Shown: piece by piece, positions 35,648 through 44,396 of the stretch
How positions within the stretch are numbered: the stretch's first letter is position 1
How the letters are laid out: the number at the start of each line of letters is the position of its first letter
Source: Candidatus Krumholzibacteriota bacterium
GTDB taxonomy: Bacteria > Krumholzibacteriota > Krumholzibacteriia > JACNKJ01
DNA: 64,000 bases
Reading direction: 5' to 3'
Assembly: GCA_016933175.1 (NCBI GenBank)
Contig: JAFGBK010000107.1
Coordinates: 958-64,957 of the forward strand
Position numbers and translations under genes: made by a program
The notes under the pieces: model-generated
Told to the model about the DNA's origin: nothing
What the model saw: the letters and a program-made list of their open reading frames with translations, nothing else
Databases searched by the model: none

Positions 35648-37149
35648 GGTGGCCTCCCTTGCCAGCGTGGGTGGATCCAGGTGGGCCGCCCCGCCAGGAC
35701 GGTGAGGGCCACCTCGGGTTCGTCGGCGAAGCGCGCGGCCACGGGATCATCGGGAAGCAGGAGGAAGTCCGCGGCCTGTCCGTCCGCCACGCGGCCGCGC
35801 TCGTCGCGCCCCGCCAGGCGGGCGGCGTCGCCGGTGACCGCCGCCAGGGCGGCGGCGGGACGGTCCGCGTCCCCGCCGAAGAGCGTCTCGTCACAGGCCG
35901 CCCGCAGGGCCGCCCAGAGTCGAGCCGGCATGCCATCGGTTCCGTACGCAAGAGGGAGGCCAGCGCGCCGCAGGGCGCCGGGTCCGTGGAAGCGGGCGCG
36001 GTAGCCGGCGCCCAGGCGCTGCTCGTAGAGTCCCCCGGGCCGCCCCCACCGGTCCAGGAAATTAGGCTGGATGCAAGCGGAAACGCCGAGGCGCGACAGG
36101 GCAGCCAGCTGCCCCGTGCGGACGATCTCGACGTGCTCCAGACGCGCGCGGCCCGGCGCCGGCGCCGCCCGCTCCAGGCAGCGCAGGGCCTGCGCCACGG
36201 CCTCATCGCCGATGGCGTGCAGGGCCACGCGGTGGCCCGCGGCCAGGGCCTCGGCCAGGTCGTGCTCCAGGGCGGCGTCCGTCCAGAGCAGCTCTCCGCG
36301 GCCGCCGCCCTCGTAGGCCTCGCCCAGGGCGGCCGTGCGGCCGCCGATGGAGCCGTCCAGGAAGAACTTGCGCCCCAGGGGGCGAGCGGGTCCGCCCGTG
36401 TCCGGCGGCAGCTCGGACGGCGGCCCGGCGTGGAAGTAATCCACGCGCAGGGGGAAATCTGCCGGCAGGGCGGCCGCCTTCTCCGGCAGGCGGTGGCTGC
36501 CCATGTCGGTGACGGCCGTCAGACCGGCGCGGGCCAGATCGGCGGCGGCTTGCCCCACCGCCTCGCGCTGGGCCGCGGGCTCGGGTTCCAGGATCGGCGC
36601 CAGGGCCGCCGCGTCCGCCTCCAGGAGCAGGCCCGTCGCCGCGTCTCCGGCGCGCCCCTGCTCGGCCAGGAGCGCCAGGGCGGGACCGTTGGCAACCGCC
36701 GCGTGCCCGCAGACCCGCACGATGCCCGCGGGGCGATCGGGAAAGCGGGCGTCCAGCTCGGCGCGGGTCGGGAAGCGCGGCTCCGCCCAGGCGCTCTCGT
36801 CCCAGCCCACGCCCAGGACGGGCCCGTCGGCCGGCGCGTCCTCCTCCAGCCGGCGCCAGAGGTCCCCGCGCTGGGCCGTCCCCGCGAGGTCCACGGCGAG
36901 GCGGGCGCGGGCCAGGTGGAACAGGTGCAGGTGGGCGTCGCAGAGTCCGGGCAGGAGACACCAGCCGTCCAGGGGCACGACCGGCGCGTCGGAGCCGGGA
37001 TCCGCCGTGAATCGGCCCTTGCGCAGCCCCAGGGGCGTGGTGTGGGGGCCGCCACCGGCGCCGTCGTACCAGCGCATCCCCTCCAGGCGGAGGGCCGCGG
37101 CGGGCGATCGGGAGAGCAGCGCGACCAGGGGCGCCGGGGACGCGGGCAT
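35635..37149 (-). CDS. Metal-dependent amidohydrolase (YtcJ/Amidohydro_3-like)
   Basis: PGLCDAHLH, KFFLDGSIGGRTAAL, LHAIGD, RLEHVE and AYGTD motifs. Confidence 0.9.
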   Translation of the reverse strand: MPASPAPLVALLSRSPAAALRLEGMRWYDGAGGGPHTTPLGLRKGRFTADPGSDAPVVPLDGWCLLPGLCDAHLHLFHLARARLAVDLAGTAQRGDLWRRLEEDAPADGPVLGVGWDESAWAEPRFPTRAELDARFPDRPAGIVRVCGHAAVANGPALALLAEQGRAGDAATGLLLEADAAALAPILEPEPAAQREAVGQAAADLARAGLTAVTDMGSHRLPEKAAALPADFPLRVDYFHAGPPSELPPDTGGPARPLGRKFFLDGSIGGRTAALGEAYEGGGRGELLWTDAALEHDLAEALAAGHRVALHAIGDEAVAQALRCLERAAPAPGRARLEHVEIVRTGQLAALSRLGVSACIQPNFLDRWGRPGGLYEQRLGAGYRARFHGPGALRRAGLPLAYGTDGMPARLWAALRAACDETLFGGDADRPAAALAAVTGDAARLAGRDERGRVADGQAADFLLLPDDPVAARFADEPEVALTVLAGRPTWIHPRWQGRPPCDD

Positions 37150-37184
37150 GGATCCTCCGGGAAGGCTTGCAGGTTTCGTATCTT

Positions 37185-37200
37185 GAGATTTATAAATCTC
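37185..37200. promoter_or_regulatory. Perfect 16-bp AT-rich palindrome overlapping two divergent -10 elements
   Basis: GAGATTTATAAATCTC is its own reverse complement. TTGCAG-N18-TATAAA on + and TTGCTT-N17-TATAAA on -. Confidence 0.6.
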
Positions 37201-37205
37201 TTGCG

Positions 37206-37922
37206 ATGACCAAGCAAGAAGAACCCATCCGCCGCCGCGCCCATCCCCTACGCTGGCTCGTCGCGGGCCTCGTCGCGGCCCTGATCTTCCTCTACGTGGC
37301 CATGGAGATGCTCCCGCGCATGGTGGGCGGCCTGCTGGGCCGGGGCGACGCCCTGCCGGGCGGCGAGTGGGGCGACGCGTGGGACGAGCCCCTGATCGTC
37401 TGGGACCCGGGGCCGCCCGACACGCCGCCCGCCGAGGAGACTCCCGCGCCGCCCGTTCCCGAGCGCGAGGCGTCGCCCCCCATCGAGGAGGCCGAGACGG
37501 GCGAGGCCGCGCCCGCGATCACAGCGGCCGCCGACGCGGGCCGCGAGGCCGGCGGGAGTCCCGCCGCGGCCGGCGAGCCCGGACCGGCCGACGAGGCCGG
37601 CCGCCTGGCGAGCGCCGGCAGCGGACAGGCCGCGGGCGAGGGGCGGCGCTCCCCGCGCGTCCTCTTCCAGGAATGGCCGCGCGAGGACGTCCTGGCCGGT
37701 CTCGAGCGCCCCCTGCGCTACCGCTTCCGCATACGGGTGGAGGCCGACGGCAGCGTGTCCGACTGGGAGCTGGTGGGAGCCGGCGGCGCGTGCCCGCCCT
37801 GCCTCGCCGAGGCCGAGCGCATCGTGGCCTCCCTGCGCTTCGTTCCCGGCACCCTGCACGGGCGGCCCGTGGCCTGCTGGGTCCCCTACGAGATCGCCTT
37901 CCATGCGGGAGAGACGCCGTGA
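37206..37922 (+). CDS. Second TonB-like protein (single TM, Pro/Ala linker, TonB_C-like domain)
   Basis: N-terminal TM lacking the SxxxH His; C-terminal FRIRVEADGSVSD...LRFVPG.LHGRPV.CWVPYEIAF. Confidence 0.7.
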   Translation: MTKQEEPIRRRAHPLRWLVAGLVAALIFLYVAMEMLPRMVGGLLGRGDALPGGEWGDAWDEPLIVWDPGPPDTPPAEETPAPPVPEREASPPIEEAETGEAAPAITAAADAGREAGGSPAAAGEPGPADEAGRLASAGSGQAAGEGRRSPRVLFQEWPREDVLAGLERPLRYRFRIRVEADGSVSDWELVGAGGACPPCLAEAERIVASLRFVPGTLHGRPVACWVPYEIAFHAGETP

Positions 37923-39091
37923 AGCATTCCCTGGCGCGCGTGCAGGCGGCCCTGGCTGCCGAGGGTCTGGCCGGCTGGCTGCTCTACGATTTCCGCGGCT
38001 CCAATCCCGTGGCCCTCGGGCTGCTCAGTCCCAAGGAGAAACCCCACCTGACGCGCCGCTTCCTCTACTGGATCCCGGCCGCGGGGGAGCCGGTACGCCT
38101 GCAGTCGGCCGTGGAGCCCCATCACTTCGCCGACCTGCCCGGCGGTCAGCGCCTCTACCGGAGCTGGCGGGAGCTGGAGGCGGTGATCCAGGAGCAGGTG
38201 CCACCGGGCGCCCCCGTGGCCATGGAGTACTCGCCCGGCGGCGCCATTCCCACCATCGCCTGGGTGGACGGCGGGACGCTGGAATGGCTGCGCGACCTGG
38301 GCGTCACGCCCGTCTCCTCGGCCGATCTCGTGCAGCGCATCGAGGCGCCCTGGAGCGAGGACGACCTGGCCAGCCACCGGCGCGCCGGGGCCGTGGTGGA
38401 GGCCCTGCGCGGCGAGGCCATGGCGCGCCTGCGCGAGGATCTGGCCGCGGGCCGGGAGGCGACGGACATGGCCGTCCAGTCCCGCCTGGCGCGGGACCTG
38501 GCCGCGGCGGGCCTGGAGACGGACCATCCCCCCGTCGTCGCCTTCGGACCCGACAGCGGCAATCCCCACCACGCGCCGGACCCCGCGCGGCCGCGGCGCC
38601 TGGCGCCCGGCCAGGTGGTGCTGCTCGACTGCTGGGCCCGGGAGCCGGAAGGGGTCTACGCGGACTACACCTGGATGGCCTTCGCGGGTCCGGCGCTGCC
38701 GCCCCGCGAGACGCGCGTCTGGGAAGCGGTGCGCGGCGCCCGCGACGCCGCCATCGCCTTCCTGCGCGAGGCCTTCGCCCGCGGCGAGGAGCCCCGCGGG
38801 CGCGATGTCGACCGCGCCGCCCGCGACGTCGTGGAGGCTGCCGGCCTGGGCGAGCGCTTCGTCCACCGCCTGGGGCACAGCCTGGGCCGCGAGGTCCACG
38901 GCCCCGGCGTCAACCTGGACGACCTCGAGACCCGCGACGAACGCCGCGTCATCGAGGGCGTGGCCTTCTCCATCGAGCCGGGCGTCTACCTGTCCGACTT
39001 CGGCATGCGCTCGGAGGTGGACGCGCTGCGGTGGCGGGGCGAGCTGCTGGTCAGCGGCGAGCTGCAGGCTCTGCCGGAGCTGCTGGCTTGA
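37919..39091 (+). CDS. M24 family Xaa-Pro aminopeptidase/dipeptidase
   Basis: GTG at 37919 overlapping the upstream stop; GNPHH, LLDCWA, YADYTWM, HRLGHSLG, SIEPGVY and RSEVD motifs. Confidence 0.92.
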   Translation: MKHSLARVQAALAAEGLAGWLLYDFRGSNPVALGLLSPKEKPHLTRRFLYWIPAAGEPVRLQSAVEPHHFADLPGGQRLYRSWRELEAVIQEQVPPGAPVAMEYSPGGAIPTIAWVDGGTLEWLRDLGVTPVSSADLVQRIEAPWSEDDLASHRRAGAVVEALRGEAMARLREDLAAGREATDMAVQSRLARDLAAAGLETDHPPVVAFGPDSGNPHHAPDPARPRRLAPGQVVLLDCWAREPEGVYADYTWMAFAGPALPPRETRVWEAVRGARDAAIAFLREAFARGEEPRGRDVDRAARDVVEAAGLGERFVHRLGHSLGREVHGPGVNLDDLETRDERRVIEGVAFSIEPGVYLSDFGMRSEVDALRWRGELLVSGELQALPELLA

Positions 39092-40328
39092 GGGCGGCCG
39101 GCCCGGGATTGGGCCGTGGCACCGGCAGCGTGAAGGAGAAGGTCGAGCCCTTCCCCACGCTGCTGCGCACCCAGAGCTTGCCGCCCATGGCCCGCGTGAA
39201 CTCGCGCGCCAGGGCCAGGCCCAGGCCGGCCCCGCCATGCTCGCGCGTGGCGGAGTGGTCGACCTGGTAGAAGCGGGCGAAGATGCGTTCCTGCTCGTCC
39301 TCGGGAATGCCCACGCCCTCGTCGCTGACGTTCACGCGCAGGTAGTCGCAGCAGTCCGTGCGCCGCCGCCCCTGGATGAAACTCCAGTCCAGCCGCACCG
39401 GCCGGTCCGCCGCGGAGAAGCGCAGCGCGTTGGCGATCAGATGCTCGAGGATCCGCAGCACCTGGCGGCCGTCGGCGGAGATCCGCAGACGGGGCAAGGG
39501 TTCGGTCAGGCGCACGCGGCCGTCGGGATCGATGCGCGGCAGGTGCGCCGCGCGGAAGTCCCGCAGCAGTACGGCGAAGTCGTGCTCGGCGACGTCCAGG
39601 GTGATCTCCGCCGAGTCCATGCGCGACAGGACGAGGACCTCGCTGATGAGCCGTTCCAGGCGGAGGGCGGAGTCGTGGATGGCGTCCAGGAACTGCCGGA
39701 GATGGGGTCGGTCCTCGAGGTCCGGCTGCTCGCGGGCGAGGCTGGCGAAGCCGATGATGCTGGTCAGCGGCGTCTTGAGCTCATGGCTCACGGTGCTCAG
39801 GAAAGTGGACTTGAGGGTCTCCAGCTCGTCCAGCTCGCGCTCCATGAGGGCCAGGCGATGATCCGTGAACAGGCGCTCGGCCAGGAAGGCGGCCTGGCGG
39901 CCGCGGTCCGCGAGCCAGTCGTCGGTCAGCGACGGCTCGCTCGACAGGGCCACGAGCAGGGCGCCCAGCAGCTCGCCGCGGCTGTCATGGAAGGGGCGGG
40001 CCCGGATCTGCTCGCCGGCGGGGAAGCCCGCCGCCCGGCTCTCCTCCAGGGGTGCCGTCTCCGCGCCGGGCAGGCCCTGCAACTCCTCGATGACGGGATG
40101 ATCGCCCTCCCACTCGGAAGGACTCACCTCCGGCAGGCTGAAGACGGACCAGGGGCGTGCCAGCGGCGCGCGCAGCACCAGCAGGCCCCGGCCGTCCGGC
40201 AGGTCGCGGGCAAGGCAGCGGCCCAGCCATCCGGCCAGGTCGGCGTAGCTGCGCTGGCCCTGCACTTCCCGTAGCCATTCGGCTTCGGCTTGACCGGCGA
40301 GGGGCCCCTTGCCGCGCGTCCTGAGCAT
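39051..40328 (-). CDS. Cytoplasmic sensor histidine kinase (HisKA + HATPase_c), no adjacent response regulator
   Basis: FLSTVSHELKTPLTSI H-box, NALRFS, DEGVGIP, FYQVD and GAGLGL motifs; N-terminus is GAF-like and has no TM. Confidence 0.92.
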   Translation of the reverse strand: MLRTRGKGPLAGQAEAEWLREVQGQRSYADLAGWLGRCLARDLPDGRGLLVLRAPLARPWSVFSLPEVSPSEWEGDHPVIEELQGLPGAETAPLEESRAAGFPAGEQIRARPFHDSRGELLGALLVALSSEPSLTDDWLADRGRQAAFLAERLFTDHRLALMERELDELETLKSTFLSTVSHELKTPLTSIIGFASLAREQPDLEDRPHLRQFLDAIHDSALRLERLISEVLVLSRMDSAEITLDVAEHDFAVLLRDFRAAHLPRIDPDGRVRLTEPLPRLRISADGRQVLRILEHLIANALRFSAADRPVRLDWSFIQGRRRTDCCDYLRVNVSDEGVGIPEDEQERIFARFYQVDHSATREHGGAGLGLALAREFTRAMGGKLWVRSSVGKGSTFSFTLPVPRPNPGPAALKPAAPAEPAARR

Positions 40329-40364
40329 CGATGACGGCTCCTTGCTTCGCGTCGGTCCTCAATA

Positions 40365-40414
40365 CAGCAAGGCATGTTATTGCAATGACGTCGCTTACAA
40401 AACATGCTCTGCTG
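40365..40414 (-). other. AT-rich ~50-nt imperfect hairpin between pgsA and the kinase
   Basis: Minus-strand CAGCAGAGCAUGUU-UUGUAA pairs with UUGCAA-U-AACAUGCCUUGCUG. Confidence 0.5.
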
Positions 40415-40460
40415 AAATGAAGAACGCCCTTCTCCCTGCAACTCCTGTTCCAGGAGGGAC

Positions 40461-41063
40461 TCAGGGGGCGGTGCTGCCCGCCCGGCGCGAGGCCCGTATC
40501 AGCATGCGCGCGGCGCCGGCGTAGGAGAGCAGCAGGGTGACGGCGAGGGCCGCCACCAGGATGGTGGTGAAGGCCTGGCCCGGCGCAAGCTCCGCGGGCA
40601 GGCGACTCAGCCAGAAGAGAAAGACGTTCCCCGAGAGGCTCTCGCTCAGCATCTTCCATTTGCCCAGGCGGTCGGCCGGCAGGGTGAACCCGTGGCGCTG
40701 CTGGACGAGCTGGCGCAACCAGGTGATCCCCCACTCGCGCAGCAGCAGCAGTGCGACCAGCAGGGCGATCCAGCCGTCGCGGAGGAACCAGACCAGGGCC
40801 AGGAAGATGACGGTGACGAGGATCTTGTCGGCCAGGGGGTCCAGGTGCTCGCCCAGGCGGGTCACCTCGCCGCGTCGGCGGGCCAGCCAGCCGTCGAGGA
40901 TGTCCAGCAGACTGGCGAAGACGCAGATCAGCACCGGCAGCAGGCGGGGCCCGTTCAAGAGGAAGAGGACCGCCGCCACCAGGGCCAGCACCATGCGCGC
41001 CGCGCTGAGGGCGTTGGGCAGGGTGCGGACGCGATGATAGTGTCGATGCCGCGAGGACTTCAC
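40461..41063 (-). CDS. pgsA: CDP-alcohol phosphatidyltransferase (PgsA-like)
   Basis: TLPNALS..R and D.LDG.LARR...T.LG..LDP.ADK signature; the true start may be the GTG at 41027. Confidence 0.88.
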   Translation of the reverse strand: MKSSRHRHYHRVRTLPNALSAARMVLALVAAVLFLLNGPRLLPVLICVFASLLDILDGWLARRRGEVTRLGEHLDPLADKILVTVIFLALVWFLRDGWIALLVALLLLREWGITWLRQLVQQRHGFTLPADRLGKWKMLSESLSGNVFLFWLSRLPAELAPGQAFTTILVAALAVTLLLSYAGAARMLIRASRRAGSTAP

Positions 41064-41140
41064 GGCGCCACCCTAGCACGGGCGCCGGAACCCCGCAAGG
41101 CCCCGGCCCGCGGGGCGGCGCGGGCCGGGCTCGCGGCCTC

Positions 41141-42778
41141 TCAGCGCCGCGTGTAGACGAAGGTGGTGTCGGCTTGCACGGCCTGGCCCCAGGTGTCGGT
41201 GATCGTCACCGCGACGCGGATGGAGTCAGGCGTCGTCGACATCAGGTAGACGGCCGAACCGTCCAGGTCGTCCGCCTGGGCGGGCCAGGTGACCTGGCCG
41301 TAGTTGCCCCCCGACACGAAGAGGATGCCGGCGTCCGGCGTGGACCAGTCGTAGTGGTAAAGGAAGGATTCCTGGCTGCTATCCACTTGGATGCGCAGCA
41401 GGCGGGGCGGGAAGCCCTGGTCCATGTTCAACAGGACCTCGTCCGCGTAATCCGGATCCCCCCACAGAAGATGGCCGGGCCCGTCCACCTCGATGCCGCT
41501 CAGGAGAGCGGGCGGCGGCGTGTCGCCGCAGGACTCGCCGGAGCTGGCTTGCCAGGGCACGAAGCCCACCGCCGCCGACTCCGAGCCGGCCGTGTACTGG
41601 ATCTGCGCGAGAATGCTCGACTGGCTGACACCCTCGCCCCAGTAGTTGCAGCGGGCGTCGATGGCGGGCCCACCCGGTCCCGCGTAGCCGCCGCCGACGC
41701 TGAAGACGTATCCCGACTCGACGAAGCTGTTGTCGTGAAACTCCAGGTAACTGCCGCCGGACAGCACGATGGCCGGTCCCTCGTTGCCCGTGAAGAAGCA
41801 CTCCTCCTCGATGCGGCCGCGGCAGCGGTAGGCCTCGAGGCCGGAGCCGGAGTTGTCGGTGAAGCTGCAGCTGGTCAGCGACAGCTCGCAGTCGTCCGCG
41901 CGCATCCCGGTGCTGCAGGTCGAGAAGGAAGTGGCGTCGGCCGCGATGGCCACGGCGACCGCGTTGACGCCCTTTCCGCAGTGGAGAAAGCTCGCCGCGC
42001 TCAGCAGGACGCCCGCCGCGCCCTCCTGGGAGGTCACGTCGAGCCCGGTGGCGGCGTTGCGGATCTCGGCGCTCTCGATCTCCACCACCTCGGCGGACGA
42101 GGCGAAGGCGATGCCCTGCCAGTGGTTCGTCGCGGTGCTCCCCTGGTCGTTCGCCTCGAAGACGACCTCCTGGCCCGGCAGCCCGGCCACCGTCAGGCCG
42201 CCGCTGATCTCGAGCATCTTGCCGGATTCGCAGAGCACGCGGCAGCCGGCCGGCACCGTCAGGTGCAGGCCCGCCGGGATGGTCACGTCCGCGACCAGCA
42301 CGTAGGAGGGGGGATCGCCGACGCCGCCCGTCGGCCAGGACACCTCGGCGCCCGCCACATCCCCGTAGTTGCTTTGCGTGAGGGAGCGACCCACGGTGAA
42401 GGTCGCCGACAGCGTATCGCTGGCCTCGCCGTCGCTGACGATGCAGGTCACCATCTGCTCGCCGTAGGCCGCCGGCACGTTCCAGGTGGCCGTGCCCGCT
42501 TGGTGGTTGAACTGTGAGAAGCTACCGGGCCCGCTCCAGGAATAGGTGAGATCGTCGCCATCGGTGTCGTAGGCGTCGGCATCCAGGCTGGTGCTGGTGC
42601 CGGAACCCACGTGGATGCGGTCGCCGGCGAGGCCGAGATCCGTGAAGATCGGCGCGTGATTGATGATCTCGACGCTGCTGGGATCGCTGGCGCAGCCCGC
42701 CAGCAAGGCGAGCAGCACGGCGGCGGCCAGGGGGGCGAGACACCGAATGGACTTGTCAGCGCTGCTGCGGCTTCTCAT
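41141..42778 (-). CDS. Lipoprotein with Ig/PKD-like domain and right-handed parallel beta-helix repeats
   Basis: Lipobox LAGC; D.DGDDLTYSW; beta-helix repeats; DARCNYWG motif; ATG at 42778. Confidence 0.75.
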   Translation of the reverse strand: MRSRSSADKSIRCLAPLAAAVLLALLAGCASDPSSVEIINHAPIFTDLGLAGDRIHVGSGTSTSLDADAYDTDGDDLTYSWSGPGSFSQFNHQAGTATWNVPAAYGEQMVTCIVSDGEASDTLSATFTVGRSLTQSNYGDVAGAEVSWPTGGVGDPPSYVLVADVTIPAGLHLTVPAGCRVLCESGKMLEISGGLTVAGLPGQEVVFEANDQGSTATNHWQGIAFASSAEVVEIESAEIRNAATGLDVTSQEGAAGVLLSAASFLHCGKGVNAVAVAIAADATSFSTCSTGMRADDCELSLTSCSFTDNSGSGLEAYRCRGRIEEECFFTGNEGPAIVLSGGSYLEFHDNSFVESGYVFSVGGGYAGPGGPAIDARCNYWGEGVSQSSILAQIQYTAGSESAAVGFVPWQASSGESCGDTPPPALLSGIEVDGPGHLLWGDPDYADEVLLNMDQGFPPRLLRIQVDSSQESFLYHYDWSTPDAGILFVSGGNYGQVTWPAQADDLDGSAVYLMSTTPDSIRVAVTITDTWGQAVQADTTFVYTRR

Positions 42779-42852
42779 ACTTTCCTCCGTTCCGGGGCAC
42801 CCGGAAGCATAGTGCCTCGCCGCTTCGGCCACAATCGCAAACGAGGTCCGCC

Positions 42853-44325
42853 ATGAACCGCCGTTTCGCGCTCCTGATCCTGCTGCTGGTCCTCCTGCCC
42901 ACCCTCGCCGGCGCCGAGCGGCGGCCGGACCTGGTCATCGTCCACACCAACGACCTGCACGCCCATTATCGCAGCTTCCCGGCCCGGGACGGCGCGCTGC
43001 GCGGCGGCGTGGCGCGGATCGCAACGCGGATCGAGGCCCTGCGCGCGGAGCACGGCGAGCGGCTTCTCTACCTGGACGCGGGCGACCTCTTCGTGGGCAC
43101 GCCCTTCTACCACTTCTACCGCGGCTCGCTGGGCATGGCCGTCCTGACGGCCATGGGCTGCGATGCCATGGCCCTGGGCAACCACGAACTGGACGACGGC
43201 CCGGTCAGCTTCCTGCGGGCCGCCGTGGGCCGGCCCTTCGCCGTCCTCTGCGCCAACCTGGACTGGGCCGACGGCACGCCCCTGCTGCCCGCCGACGCCC
43301 GCCTGAGCGCCGGCGGCCTCGACATCGCGGTGGTCGGCCTCGTCACCGACGAGCTGCCCGAGCTGGTGCCCTGCGTGGCCCGGGGGGAGCTGGTGGTGGC
43401 GGCGCCGGCGACCGCCCTGCGGCGCTGGCTGGCGGCGGACCGGCCGGCGGCGGACCTGACCATCGCCCTCAGCCATTGCGGACTGGGCCAGGACCGCGAG
43501 ACGGCCGCCGCGGTGGGCGCGCCGCCGCTCTTCATCGGCGGGCACAGCCACAGCTTCGTCGAAGCGGGCGAGCGGGTGGGCGCCGTGACCATCTGCCAGG
43601 CCGGCGCCAGCGGCTACGTGCTGGGCGTCATCGAGTGCTTCCGCCTTCCCGACGGCGGCTGGGACTTCGCGCCACGCCTGGAGCCGGTGACGGCCGACTG
43701 GCCGGAGGATCCGGTCGTGGCGTCCCTCGTCGCGGAGGCCGGGCGCCTGGTGGACCGGGAGATGGAGATCGCCCTGGCCGACCTGCCCGAGGCCTTCCCG
43801 GCCCTGGACAAGGACTCCCGGCCCGATCCCCTGGGCATCCTGGTGGCCGATCTCATGCGCCGCCGCGGCGGCGCCGATCTGGGCCTGCAGAACATCGGCG
43901 GCTACCGGGGCCACCTGCCGGCCGGCACCGTCACCCGCGGGCGGCTCTTCGAGCTGCTGCCCTTCGACAACCTTCTCCTGCGCCTTGACCTGCGGGGCGC
44001 GGACCTGCAAGCCCTCTTCGATCACCTGGCCGCCAACCACGCGGGCGGCCGCTTCGGCCAGATCGCCGGCGGCAGCTACCGCATCGCGGACGGGCGCGCC
44101 GAGGACGTCCGCGTGGGCGGCGCGTCGCTGGACCCGGCGGCCAGCTACACCCTCGTCACCGCCGACTTCCTCTACAAGGGCGGCGACGGCTACGGCTTCC
44201 TCCAGGCGGCGACCCGCGTGGACACCGTGCCCGGCCTGGCGCGCGATCTCCTGGAAGCCCGCCTGCGCGAGAGCCCGCCGCCGCGCCCCGGCGATTTCGC
44301 TCCCAACTTCCTCGTCGCCGACTGA
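42853..44325 (+). CDS. Bifunctional UDP-sugar hydrolase / 5'-nucleotidase
   Basis: HTNDLHA, LDAGD, LGNHELD, LSHCG and GGHSH motifs; C-terminal NIGGYR...LPFDN domain. Confidence 0.93.
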   Translation: MNRRFALLILLLVLLPTLAGAERRPDLVIVHTNDLHAHYRSFPARDGALRGGVARIATRIEALRAEHGERLLYLDAGDLFVGTPFYHFYRGSLGMAVLTAMGCDAMALGNHELDDGPVSFLRAAVGRPFAVLCANLDWADGTPLLPADARLSAGGLDIAVVGLVTDELPELVPCVARGELVVAAPATALRRWLAADRPAADLTIALSHCGLGQDRETAAAVGAPPLFIGGHSHSFVEAGERVGAVTICQAGASGYVLGVIECFRLPDGGWDFAPRLEPVTADWPEDPVVASLVAEAGRLVDREMEIALADLPEAFPALDKDSRPDPLGILVADLMRRRGGADLGLQNIGGYRGHLPAGTVTRGRLFELLPFDNLLLRLDLRGADLQALFDHLAANHAGGRFGQIAGGSYRIADGRAEDVRVGGASLDPAASYTLVTADFLYKGGDGYGFLQAATRVDTVPGLARDLLEARLRESPPPRPGDFAPNFLVAD

Positions 44326-44343
44326 AGCCGGCGGATACGAAAA

Positions 44344-44367
44344 GAGCGCGGGCAGGCGCCCGCGCTC
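44344..44367. terminator. Hairpin between the convergent nucleotidase and C25 genes
   Basis: GAGCGCGGGC-AGGC-GCCCGCGCTC, preceded by AAAA. Confidence 0.6.
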
Positions 44368-44396
44368 CCGAGTCATCCGATGCCCGGCCGGGGGCC

